From sequence record SRR2962707_3760: DNA of 55,905 nt; one strand, given 5' to 3'. The first letter of the stretch is position 1, and each line of letters starts with the position of its first letter. Of the stretch, positions 20,279 to 29,624 are shown piece after piece. The translations under genes were made by a program, and so were the position numbers. The notes beneath the pieces were generated by a model. The model was given only the letters and a program-made list of their open reading frames with translations, searched no databases and was not told the DNA's origin.

Positions 20279-21202
20279 TTAAGCAGACAACGCCGCTTCA
20301 AAACCACTCACATCTCCTAGCGAAGACGCTGACAATCCTTTCACAATACGCTTATTCAAGCCACTTAGCACTTTACCAGGCCCACATTCTAGCGTCCCAG
20401 TAACGCCCAAGCCAGACAACAATTCAATAGACTGAGTCCACAACACTGGTTCACTCAACTGAGAGACCAAGTTGGCTTTAATGGTTTGCGCATCGGACAC
20501 CGCTTGAGCCGTCACATTTTGCACTAGCGTACAAGTCGGTGATTTAAATTCTATAGAGTCCAATTTCACCGCCAGCTTCTCGCCAGCCGGTATCATCAAC
20601 TCACAATGAGAAGGCACGCTAACAGGAAGTGGCAAGGCTCTTTTCGCACCCGCTTCTTTCGCATTGCTCATCGCCGCTTCAACCGCCGCCACATGCCCAG
20701 CAATAACCACTTGACCTGGGGAGTTAAAATTCACTGCACTGACAACGCCTGGCGCTGCTTCACAAGCTGCGATCACTTTCGCATCGTCCAAACCTATGAT
20801 GGCGGCCATCGCGCCTTCACCTGCTGGAACCGCTTGCATCATGTATTCGCCACGCAGTTTAACCAGCTCAACCGCATCCGTAAATGCAATCACACCAGCA
20901 CACACCAACGCAGAATACTCACCCAAGCTGTGACCAGCAACATACGCTGGCTTTTGCCCGCCTTGTTGCTCCCAAAGACGCCATAAAGCGACACTGGCAG
21001 TCAAAAGCGCAGGCTGTGTTTTATCTGTTTGACCCAATTGCTCAGCGTCATTTTGTACCAACGCCCACAAATCGTAACCAAGAACGTCAGACGCTTCAGC
21101 AAAAGTCTGCTCAATAATGTCATGCTTCTCAGCCAAATCAGCTAGCATACCTAACTGTTGAGAGCCTTGCCCTGGAAAAACAAAAGCCAATTCATTATTC
21201 AT
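20279..21202 (-). CDS. fabD: Malonyl-CoA:ACP transacylase
   Basis: FPGQGSQ, GHSLGEY and VSVPSH. Confidence 0.97.
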   Translation of the reverse strand: MNNELAFVFPGQGSQQLGMLADLAEKHDIIEQTFAEASDVLGYDLWALVQNDAEQLGQTDKTQPALLTASVALWRLWEQQGGQKPAYVAGHSLGEYSALVCAGVIAFTDAVELVKLRGEYMMQAVPAGEGAMAAIIGLDDAKVIAACEAAPGVVSAVNFNSPGQVVIAGHVAAVEAAMSNAKEAGAKRALPLPVSVPSHCELMIPAGEKLAVKLDSIEFKSPTCTLVQNVTAQAVSDAQTIKANLVSQLSEPVLWTQSIELLSGLGVTGTLECGPGKVLSGLNKRIVKGLSASSLGDVSGFEAALSA

Positions 21203-22152
21203 TTAAATTCCTCGTTATCTAGGCGCTCACGAACCACTGTAGATAAATCCACTCGCGCAATATCAATTCCATACTCAATCGCACCGACCATCGCCTGAAA
21301 ATCTGATCGGCCATGACCTTTTACCAAATTGCCATTCACACCCACAAGGCACGCCCCATGACGGTGTTTTGTTTGGTAAAAAGTCTCGAACAGTGACTCA
21401 TCGCCACCTTGCGCTTTCAGTTGCCCAACCAAATAAGACAACAAACCCTCTGATGCTTTTAGCACCGCATTACCCACCATGCCATCACAAACAATGACAT
21501 TTTTTTCACCATGAAACAGCTCAGTGCCTTCTGCATACCCCAAATAATCAGGCCATGATTTAGCCGCTAGCAGTGCATCCGTTTCACGAATAACAGAACT
21601 GCCTTTTGAGCTTTCCACTCCAACATTAAGCAAGCCTACTTTTGGCTTCTCATCGCTTAACGCTTCCACATACGCCGCGCCCAATTCAGCGAACCCCTCC
21701 AACATAGAAGGCGGACAATGAACATTAGCACCCAGATCAACCAGGCAGCGTAATGGATTTGAATGCAATTCTCGAATCAGCGCAGGATACAATTTAGGGC
21801 GAATAACCCCCAATATATGTCTGGCCAACGCAACCATAGCACCCGTATTCCCCAAGGTAACAACGACATCCGCCGCGTTAACACTCAAACTTTTCAGCGC
21901 TTTATACAGCGTGCTTTCGTAGCGACGAAAAAGCGAAAGAACGATTTCCTCATCCACGTCAATCACATCACGGCAAATAACCAAAGACAAACGATCACAA
22001 AGAGGAGGAAGCTCGAAATCTGAGCTTGAGCTGGGGGAATAGTAAAGAACAATCTCTACATCATCATGCTGGGAAAGAACTTGAAGCGCTCCTTCAAATG
22101 CAATGCGGGGACCTAAGTCCCCGCCCATCGCGTCTAATGCTACCCTGATCAT
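21199..22152 (-). CDS. plsX: Phosphate acyltransferase
   Basis: ALDAMGGD, GNTGA, DLGAN and LLNVGVESSKG; between rpmF and fabD. Confidence 0.9.
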   Translation of the reverse strand: MIRVALDAMGGDLGPRIAFEGALQVLSQHDDVEIVLYYSPSSSSDFELPPLCDRLSLVICRDVIDVDEEIVLSLFRRYESTLYKALKSLSVNAADVVVTLGNTGAMVALARHILGVIRPKLYPALIRELHSNPLRCLVDLGANVHCPPSMLEGFAELGAAYVEALSDEKPKVGLLNVGVESSKGSSVIRETDALLAAKSWPDYLGYAEGTELFHGEKNVIVCDGMVGNAVLKASEGLLSYLVGQLKAQGGDESLFETFYQTKHRHGACLVGVNGNLVKGHGRSDFQAMVGAIEYGIDIARVDLSTVVRERLDNEEFK

Positions 22153-22163
22153 GGGTAAATTAG

Positions 22164-22343
22164 TTACTCACCTTTAGGGGTGATAACTTGACGACCACGG
22201 TAAAAGCCATCTGCAGAAACGTGGTGACGACGGTGAAGTTCACCAGTAGTCTGTTCTACAGAAAGCGTTGCGCTAGTCAATGCATCGTGTGAACGGCGTT
22301 GGCCGCGACGTGAACGAGTCACTTTACTTTTTTGTACTGCCAT
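22164..22343 (-). CDS. rpmF: 50S ribosomal protein bL32 (59 aa, absent from the ORF track)
   Basis: Hand translation: [66 protein letters not shown] upstream. Confidence 0.97.
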   Translation of the reverse strand: MAVQKSKVTRSRRGQRRSHDALTSATLSVEQTTGELHRRHHVSADGFYRGRQVITPKGE

Positions 22344-22363
22344 TTCTTGGAGCTCCTAACTTT

Positions 22364-22888
22364 TTACTTGGCCTTTAAGTCAGCCAATATACTAAATGGA
22401 TTCGGTTTTTTTTCGTCATCCGGTGCGTCATCGGTAGACGATGCATACTTTACAGCTGTTGGGTTGCAACCACTTTCTTCGTGATAAGCGACAATAGGCA
22501 AAGCAAGTATAATTTCTTGCTCAACCATATCTGCTAGGATTACGTCACCATCGGTCATGACAACAGGGTCATAATCACTCGGTATATTTTTCGCATGGTC
22601 TTCGTCATAAACGAAAGCCAAGGATAAATCGACCGACAACTCCTGAGGTACAGCTTCCATACAGCGTTGACAAACAACCTGTACCGTCGCCTTCAGAGAG
22701 CCAGTAGCAATGTAGCGCCTATCCTCATCAACTCTAAAGTCTAGATGAATAAAAGCATCACCCTCATCCGACGCCAAGACAGCACAAAGCTCCTTAAGCT
22801 GGTTAAGGGGCAAGTACCCTTCAATCGCTGACTCGTGGTTAGCGTATTTACGAGGGTCAAAATATTTAGGTAATGAGTCATTCAACAT
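22364..22888 (-). CDS. yceD: YceD/DUF177 family protein
   Basis: CQRCM, EIILALP and NPFSIL; upstream of rpmF. Confidence 0.92.
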   Translation of the reverse strand: MLNDSLPKYFDPRKYANHESAIEGYLPLNQLKELCAVLASDEGDAFIHLDFRVDEDRRYIATGSLKATVQVVCQRCMEAVPQELSVDLSLAFVYDEDHAKNIPSDYDPVVMTDGDVILADMVEQEIILALPIVAYHEESGCNPTAVKYASSTDDAPDDEKKPNPFSILADLKAK

Positions 22889-22896
22889 GGCGGCAA

Positions 22897-22925
22897 ATAA
22901 TATGGCCAGTTGCCCTTCTTGTCAA
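22897..22925 (-). promoter_or_regulatory. Sigma70 promoter of yceD-rpmF
   Basis: TTGACA-17 nt-TATTAT followed by GC-rich TTGCCGCC. Confidence 0.75.
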
Positions 22926-23025
22926 AGTCTAAGTGCTCTCAAAGCCTTTTTTTTCACTGTTTTTCACTTTCCAAGAGAAAAAAACGTAAAATAACGACTT
23001 TATCTCATTAATCAGCGAGTTAAGC

Positions 23026-23622
23026 ATGACAAGAAAATTGATTTTGGGCTCTTCCTCCCCCTACCGTAGAAGCCTCCTTGAACGCCTGAATCTCACTTTT
23101 GAGTGTCAATCGCCCGACATTAACGAAACCCCATTAGCCAACGAAAATGCGATCGATTTAGTAAAACGACTCTCCATTTCAAAAGCCCAACAAGTGCGAG
23201 CGGATCGAAACGAACAAAACAACCTGATCATTGCGTCTGATCAAGTCGCGGTATTAGACCAAGAAGTGCTCGGCAAACCTCACACCAGAGACAAGGCCAT
23301 CGAGCAACTCACTCGCTTCAGTCAACGCAAAGTCACTTTTTTAACCGGCCTCTGTATTCTCGACAGCTCAAATGGCGAGTACCAATACCAACTCAGCGAG
23401 TATCATGTTTTCTTTAGGCAACTCAGTCAGCCTGAAATAGAAAGCTACGTGGACCTTGAACAACCACTGGATTGTGCCGGCAGCTTCAAATGCGAAGGGT
23501 TAGGAGTGGCGCTGTTCAGCAAAATGGAAGGTGACGACCCAAACGGCCTTATTGGACTCCCCCTCATCGCTCTGTGCAATATGCTACGCGAGCACGGCAT
23601 TAATCCGCTATTGGCGCCCTAG
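23026..23622 (+). CDS. yceF: Maf-family nucleotide pyrophosphatase (YceF type)
   Basis: LILGSSSPYR, SDQV, LGKP and DCAGSFKCEGLG; divergent from yceD. Confidence 0.9.
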   Translation: MTRKLILGSSSPYRRSLLERLNLTFECQSPDINETPLANENAIDLVKRLSISKAQQVRADRNEQNNLIIASDQVAVLDQEVLGKPHTRDKAIEQLTRFSQRKVTFLTGLCILDSSNGEYQYQLSEYHVFFRQLSQPEIESYVDLEQPLDCAGSFKCEGLGVALFSKMEGDDPNGLIGLPLIALCNMLREHGINPLLAP

Positions 23623-23682
23623 CGCCTGACAGAGCAAAGAGAGCTGTCAATCAAGGTTAGAAAGGGTCATTAGGCAATAGCA

Positions 23683-24612
23683 CTAATAGCCCTTTGGAAA
23701 GGAGTGGTAGGTTTGTTTAGGTGAAGCCAGCTCTTCCAACGCTTTTATGGCCACTTCATAGCCGAAATCAATCAGCTCATCGGCCCGCCAGAATTCATAA
23801 AAAGAGGTAAAGTCTTTAGGAATAGATATCAGCAAATCAGGCGGATATCCCGCCAATTTATATTGGGTCAATGATTCCTGCATGGTTTCAAACATCATAT
23901 TAATGGTTTGCAAGCGCCCCCAACTTTCAGGCCCATTTTTACTGATGTTTCGCGCTTCAATTTCTTCGTCCGTGCGGCTTTTTACAAAAAAGCCTTTAAA
24001 GCCTGACCACCACTCAGGCTCATTGTTTTTTTCCACCAGTGTCTCTGTGGTGAGCTCTTGCGCCGGTCCATTTAAATCCACCGCGATAATATAATCCGCA
24101 CCAGCCGACACCGTTGGAATAATCGGCAGAGGGTTCAGCACACCACCGTCAACATAAATACGATTGTCCAATTGCACGGGAGCCACCACGGACGGAATAG
24201 CAGAAGAGGCCCGCATGGCGTCAATCAAATTGCCTTTTTGAAACCAAAACTCTTTTTGATTAAGCAAATCCACCGCGACCGCGGTATAAGGAATAGCAAG
24301 GGACTCTATCGCCGGCGCCTCACCAATGATGTCTTCCACCACCTGAAAAAAACGATCCCCTTTAATATAAGCCCCATGACGAAAGGACATATCCAGCATG
24401 CGCAACACACTTACTTTGTCTAGCGAGCGCGCCCACTCGCTATAGTCATTGATTTTACCCGCCGCAAATACACCACCAACAATAGAGCCAATCGAGCACC
24501 CTGAGATGCTTACGATGTCGTAACCTTGATCTTCTATCGCCTGAATAACTCCAATATGCGCATTACCACGGGCAGCACCACTACCTAGAACAAGGGATAC
24601 GGTTTTTTTCAT
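23683..24612 (-). CDS. Patatin-like phospholipase
   Basis: GSGAARG, GCSIG nucleophile elbow and DGG. Confidence 0.9.
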   Translation of the reverse strand: MKKTVSLVLGSGAARGNAHIGVIQAIEDQGYDIVSISGCSIGSIVGGVFAAGKINDYSEWARSLDKVSVLRMLDMSFRHGAYIKGDRFFQVVEDIIGEAPAIESLAIPYTAVAVDLLNQKEFWFQKGNLIDAMRASSAIPSVVAPVQLDNRIYVDGGVLNPLPIIPTVSAGADYIIAVDLNGPAQELTTETLVEKNNEPEWWSGFKGFFVKSRTDEEIEARNISKNGPESWGRLQTINMMFETMQESLTQYKLAGYPPDLLISIPKDFTSFYEFWRADELIDFGYEVAIKALEELASPKQTYHSFPKGY

Positions 24613-24614
24613 CG

Positions 24615-25421
24615 TCAGTCCAATTGAGGGGCAACATACACAAATGACACACGATGATGCCCCAACACATCACGCCCCATATCCGCCACGTTAATAAAAC
24701 GCACCTGTTCACTTAATTGTTCACCAATCCCAGACATGAGCGCCTTAATATAACGATCGCCTTGCTCTATAGAAGAAACAGAGCCGACTTTCTGACTACT
24801 CACAAAACCAACAACTTGCTGGCCATCTGGCAGATCTCGAAGGAAACGACGAATGCGAGGAAAATCGTCTACCGCCATCTGCGCCACCACCTCAAACTCA
24901 GAGTCTTGCGAGGCCAGCAATGCGATACTGTCCAGACGCACCATAATATCGCCTGCGCCGCGACGATTAATGTAGATCACCTGATAATCATCGTGATTAT
25001 CCTGCACTACCATCAGTAGCTGACTGTCGTCTGCTCCGTACAACAAATAATTCTTAAAAAAGTTATTGGCCCACGCATTGCTGCTTCCACAACTGCGGCT
25101 TTCACACTGAAAAATCACTTTCTGACCGTGCGCCAGTAACACATCTTTGTAGTAAGCAAACACCGATTCTAGTGGCTCATTACGCTCTATTTTATAAAGC
25201 GAACGAAACACAGAGCCCTTTACCCGTAACACAGACTCCGGCTCCCAGCCTCGTCCAGAACGCTGAATTTTGCCAAGAGGAATCTCTACTGACTGATTCT
25301 CTTGCGTATCGCTCTTCACCAACTGAGCGCCACGATAGGCCTCAATATGAGAGATATCGGCAAAGGCATAAGTAGCAATTAACGCAGAACAAGCCACAAT
25401 CACCTGCTTAAGTCTGATCAT
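24615..25421 (-). CDS. Exported DUF4892-like protein
   Basis: Signal peptide from MIRLKQ (GGAAGG SD); FQCESRSCGSSNAWAN motif. Confidence 0.75.
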   Translation of the reverse strand: MIRLKQVIVACSALIATYAFADISHIEAYRGAQLVKSDTQENQSVEIPLGKIQRSGRGWEPESVLRVKGSVFRSLYKIERNEPLESVFAYYKDVLLAHGQKVIFQCESRSCGSSNAWANNFFKNYLLYGADDSQLLMVVQDNHDDYQVIYINRRGAGDIMVRLDSIALLASQDSEFEVVAQMAVDDFPRIRRFLRDLPDGQQVVGFVSSQKVGSVSSIEQGDRYIKALMSGIGEQLSEQVRFINVADMGRDVLGHHRVSFVYVAPQLD

Positions 25422-25455
25422 TTTATACCTTCCTTTTTTTATTAGTATGTTGTCG

Positions 25456-26322
25456 CTAATTAAGATCAATAAATGTCTGTATCTCATCAGCAACCGAAGC
25501 AGCCGTTTCTGGCTCTAAATGAAAATGATGATTTCCCGCCACCCACTTAAGTGTAAGCCACGGAAATTGACTAGCACGTTTTTCAACCAAAGAAATAGAA
25601 TCTTTATAAATACCCTGCTCAGCCACTAACGCCAGCGTCGGGCATTTAATCTCTGAAATAAAGGCCTCAACACCGGCCTCATCCATACGATATGGGGAAG
25701 GAAAAGTCAGCTTGCCATCGTGCCGCCACGACCAGACTCCGCCCCGCTGTTCAGCACCTCGCTCAACCAACAAAGACGCCGCTTCCTGGGACAAGGAGGT
25801 AAAGCCATTCATCCGCGCCAGCACCATGTCTGCTTTTGTTTGATATTGAGAAAATCGATCCTGTCGATGCTTCGACATTTTTCGAATCGCTTTTTGCAAG
25901 GTCACAACACGCTCTTCTGGCTGATTGGTCAGCGGCCCCATATTATCCAAGATAATTAGGCCACGAACTTTTTCCGGCGCAACGGCCGCCACCATCATGG
26001 CCACGGCCCCACCCATACTGTGCCCCACCAACCAACTACTTTGATTAGAGAGATTCAGCACACTGACCGTGTCTAAAACATAATCCCAAAGATGATAAAA
26101 GCTGCCCAGCGGACGATGATCAGATAAGCCATGCCCGGCAAAATCCAATGCCGTGAAGTTGAAATCTGAAAAATAAGGAGAAAGAGTTCGAAAGCTGGCG
26201 GCATTGTCGAGCCAACCATGCAAAGACAAGATTTTTAACGCCGAGGAATTCTGCGACAGCCACTGAATCCCTGCAATGTTGGCATGCGCCAAATTAAAAA
26301 CAACATCACGCCCCATAGTCAC
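25456..26322 (-). CDS. Alpha/beta-fold hydrolase
   Basis: LHGWLDNA, GHGLS, GHSMGG and GNHHFHLE. Confidence 0.9.
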   Translation of the reverse strand: MTMGRDVVFNLAHANIAGIQWLSQNSSALKILSLHGWLDNAASFRTLSPYFSDFNFTALDFAGHGLSDHRPLGSFYHLWDYVLDTVSVLNLSNQSSWLVGHSMGGAVAMMVAAVAPEKVRGLIILDNMGPLTNQPEERVVTLQKAIRKMSKHRQDRFSQYQTKADMVLARMNGFTSLSQEAASLLVERGAEQRGGVWSWRHDGKLTFPSPYRMDEAGVEAFISEIKCPTLALVAEQGIYKDSISLVEKRASQFPWLTLKWVAGNHHFHLEPETAASVADEIQTFIDLN

Positions 26323-26367
26323 TTCCTTTTTCTACCGCCAAACAGCATTCATCACACAACGACCTAA

Positions 26368-26847
26368 TTACTGGGCAATGATCCAACGATATTGGCAACA
26401 CGCCGTCGCAAACAACTCGCCCTCAAGCGCAGCCAATGCGGCTGTCGTCATCGCAAAACTCGCCGGCAAGGGCTCATCAGACAACAGCTCAACCAACTGA
26501 TGGGCAAAAGGTTGGTGCGTGATGAGCAAAATAGACTTGGCTTTTTGATCGTTTAACCACAAAGCAACGTCCAACTCTTTACCACTTGGCGTAATCAGCG
26601 GGCACGATTGCACCTCAACGTCAGTTTGATCCAGTTCCGCCAAAAAATACTTTGCCGTCTGTTGCGCTCGCACATAAGGACTCACAAATACCGCATCAAG
26701 ACGCTCCCCTTGCTCATTAAAAGCACGGGCAGTTTGCTTCACTTCCTCGACGCCTTCTGGCGTCAATTCACGAAGATCATCTCGTTCATAGCCATGAGCA
26801 AAGGCATTGCCATGGCGCAAAACGTAAAGTTGCTTCTTACTGCTCAT
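26368..26847 (-). CDS. sixA: Phosphohistidine phosphatase SixA
   Basis: LRHG, SPYVRAQQTA and THQP. Confidence 0.9.
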   Translation of the reverse strand: MSSKKQLYVLRHGNAFAHGYERDDLRELTPEGVEEVKQTARAFNEQGERLDAVFVSPYVRAQQTAKYFLAELDQTDVEVQSCPLITPSGKELDVALWLNDQKAKSILLITHQPFAHQLVELLSDEPLPASFAMTTAALAALEGELFATACCQYRWIIAQ

Positions 26848-27118
26848 CCTTTACACCCTTAGGCCAAGGCTGGAATGGAAAAGGCTTTTCTTCCTCGTTG
26901 TAAGCAAGAAAATCAATAATTTGGCGCACAAACACACCCACACTGCGCAACCAACCAGAAACAGTCACAGGCTCAGCACGTGAGCACAGTCTGACCACGC
27001 TCACCACAATCACCAAAATACCAAAAACAGTGATGGCCACATTAAGCACACACCAGTAAAACAACATAAAAATCAATCGAAACCAAAATCCTTGGTTTGC
27101 GTAACCTGGTTTAGCCAT
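26837..27118 (-). CDS. DUF4389-like small membrane protein
   Basis: Two TM helices and EEKPFPFQPWP; between gpsA and sixA; start set at MAKPG. Confidence 0.75.
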   Translation of the reverse strand: MAKPGYANQGFWFRLIFMLFYWCVLNVAITVFGILVIVVSVVRLCSRAEPVTVSGWLRSVGVFVRQIIDFLAYNEEEKPFPFQPWPKGVKDEQ

Positions 27119-28145
27119 GTTTATTCTCCTCGTACGTCGCAAATTCGACGTCCCATTTTTGTTCGCCAGTCATCATAGATCCGATTAGCGTTTCTAATTT
27201 TGCTTGATCAAAAAGCAGCTTCGATAAACCTTCCGCTAAAGGCATGTAAAGGTCGTGTTTCTTTGCTTCCTCTACCACCATTCGCAAGGTATTCACCCCT
27301 TCAGCCACTTCACCAATGTCCTCGATGGCCGCTTGTAAGTCTTTTCCTGAGCCAATTGCATAACCCACACGATAATTTCGACTCAAAGGAGAGGTGCAGG
27401 TTGCGATCAAATCGCCCATTCCCGCCAACCCCAGAAACGTCATCGGATTTGCGCCAAAATGCACCGCAAATCGACTCATCTCCGCCAAACTTCGCGTCAT
27501 AATCATCGCCATCGTATTTTCACCCACTTGCAGGGCTTTTGCCAAACCACACACAATGGCATAAATATTTTTTAGCGCGCCTGCTAACTCGACGCCCGTA
27601 CTATCGGTATTTTCATAGACCCGAAAAGTAGGCGACTTCAACAGCTCGATAACACGCTCTCTGACCTGTTCATCATGGCTCGCTATGACTGAACCTGTCA
27701 TTTGCCCTGCAGCAATCTCTTTCGCCAAATTAGGGCCGCTGAGAACACCAATTTTTTGCGTCACTGTGTTACGACGCAAAATATCACTCATAAGTTCAAA
27801 ATGATTTGGATTAAAGCCTTTCGTGGTACTGATAAGCATTTTATCGGCTGTCAGTAGCGGCTCAATGCGATCCACGACTTGCGCAAAAGATTTAGATGGA
27901 ATAGAGACAAAAATAGTGTCACTTTCCTTTATCGCTTGCTCTAAATTACTGGTGGCCAACAATTCTTGATGCAAGGGCGCATTCGGCAGGTAACGGCTAT
28001 TTAGCCCCGTTAAATTAATCTCTTCAACCTGCTGTTCGTTGCGCATCCATTGGCTTACTTGATGCCCATTATTCGCCATTATATTGGCCAACGCGGTACC
28101 AAAACTACCACCACCTAACACACAAACTGATTGTTTTTTCATCAT
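27111..28145 (-). CDS. gpsA: NAD(P)H-dependent glycerol-3-phosphate dehydrogenase
   Basis: GGGSFGTA, SGPNLA, GALKN and GLAGMGDLIATC...SRN. Confidence 0.96.
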   Translation of the reverse strand: MMKKQSVCVLGGGSFGTALANIMANNGHQVSQWMRNEQQVEEINLTGLNSRYLPNAPLHQELLATSNLEQAIKESDTIFVSIPSKSFAQVVDRIEPLLTADKMLISTTKGFNPNHFELMSDILRRNTVTQKIGVLSGPNLAKEIAAGQMTGSVIASHDEQVRERVIELLKSPTFRVYENTDSTGVELAGALKNIYAIVCGLAKALQVGENTMAMIMTRSLAEMSRFAVHFGANPMTFLGLAGMGDLIATCTSPLSRNYRVGYAIGSGKDLQAAIEDIGEVAEGVNTLRMVVEEAKKHDLYMPLAEGLSKLLFDQAKLETLIGSMMTGEQKWDVEFATYEENKHG

Positions 28146-28178
28146 CCCTTCTCTTCAAAAAATAACACCTAATTGTCA

Positions 28179-29606
28179 TTAGGATGAACAACTCACTTCT
28201 AACGATCGCCCCCATTCCGGAGAGCGTTGCGCCAACTGATCTGATGATTCATGCTCATCAAAAGGCGCATTTAACACTGAAAGTAAACGACGAAATGGCA
28301 AGAAGTCACCTTGCTCAGCCGCTTCAATCGCCTCATGCGCAAGATAATTCCTTAGCACAAATTTAGGATTCACCTGCAACATAGGCGCACTGCACTGCTC
28401 CCACGTTTGATCCAACGCCAGCCTTGCTTGCTGATAATCAAGCAACCAAGCACGCATGCGCTCCCTATCCACGACTTCATCTAGGATAAGATCAAATTCA
28501 TTAGGCTGTAATTGACTCAATAAGCGGAAGAAAAGACTGTAGTCCATTTTCTCCGCTGCCAAGACAACAAACAAAGAGGACAAGAGTTTAGTCACAACCT
28601 CACCGACAGGAAGGCCGAGTTTAGCGGCCATCAAGGTCTCATATTCCGCCTGTAAGGTCACTTCATAATGCTGCAAAATGGCGATCAATTGATCCCGCTC
28701 AAGATGCTTTGAAAAGCACCGCATCAGGCAATTTAAGTTCCACAAACCAATCCCCGGCTGACGCGAGAAGGCATAACGCCCTTCATGATCCGAATGATTA
28801 CACACCCAATCGGGCTGATAATCTTCCATAAAGCCATAAGGGCCATAATCAATGGTTTCGCCAGTAAACGAAAAATTGTCAGTGTTCATCACGCCGTGCT
28901 GAAAACCAACGGCCTGCCACTTAGCAATCATTCTTGCGGTACGCTCAACCACTTCCACCAACATGCTCTCTAGGGGCGACTCAGTTGCCAAGCAATCTGG
29001 GTAATAGTGCTGCAAACAATAATCAATCAACTGATTAAGTTCGGCCTCTTTCCCTTGATAGAAAAAGTACTCAAAGTGCCCAAAACGAATATGCCCTTGC
29101 GCGGTACGCAATAACATAGCACCAGGTTCTGGCTGCTCTCGATACACTGCTTGAGCACTGGTATAAAGCGCCAAAGCGCGTGACGTAGGAATCCCCATGG
29201 CGTGCATAAACTCGCTGGCAAGGTATTCTCTTATGCACGAGCGCAAAACCGCTCGCCCATCACCACGACGCGAAAAAGGCGTGGGGCCAGCGCCTTTCAT
29301 GTGCAGATCACGCAGTACACCTTGATCATCAAGAACTTCACCCAATAAAACACCACGACCGTCACCCAATTGTGGGGAGAAACCACCAAATTGATGACCG
29401 GCATAAACCATACTTAACGCGTTTTCCAATGGCTCTTCACCATGCAAAATACGCTTCGTTTGAGGGGACTTGATATCAATAGACAAAGAATGAGCGAGCG
29501 CTTGGTTAAATTCAACCAAACGCTGCTTGAGAAGTGGCTGGATCGACGTTTTTGCGTAAAACGCCTCTCCTAATCCGGCAAAGTGATGTTCTAATTTCAT
29601 AGGCAC
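28179..29606 (-). CDS. selO: Protein adenylyltransferase SelO/YdiU
   Basis: YAGHQFG, LGDGR, KGAGPTPFSR, HGVMNTDN, IDYGP and C-terminal SCSS. Confidence 0.95.
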   Translation of the reverse strand: MPMKLEHHFAGLGEAFYAKTSIQPLLKQRLVEFNQALAHSLSIDIKSPQTKRILHGEEPLENALSMVYAGHQFGGFSPQLGDGRGVLLGEVLDDQGVLRDLHMKGAGPTPFSRRGDGRAVLRSCIREYLASEFMHAMGIPTSRALALYTSAQAVYREQPEPGAMLLRTAQGHIRFGHFEYFFYQGKEAELNQLIDYCLQHYYPDCLATESPLESMLVEVVERTARMIAKWQAVGFQHGVMNTDNFSFTGETIDYGPYGFMEDYQPDWVCNHSDHEGRYAFSRQPGIGLWNLNCLMRCFSKHLERDQLIAILQHYEVTLQAEYETLMAAKLGLPVGEVVTKLLSSLFVVLAAEKMDYSLFFRLLSQLQPNEFDLILDEVVDRERMRAWLLDYQQARLALDQTWEQCSAPMLQVNPKFVLRNYLAHEAIEAAEQGDFLPFRRLLSVLNAPFDEHESSDQLAQRSPEWGRSLEVSCSS

Positions 29607-29624
29607 TCACTTAGGTGGTGTATG

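Noticed and set aside
28179-28200. Possible selenocysteine recoding at the SelO C-terminus
   Set aside because: The gene ends SCSS-TAA with no in-frame TGA; this is the ordinary bacterial form
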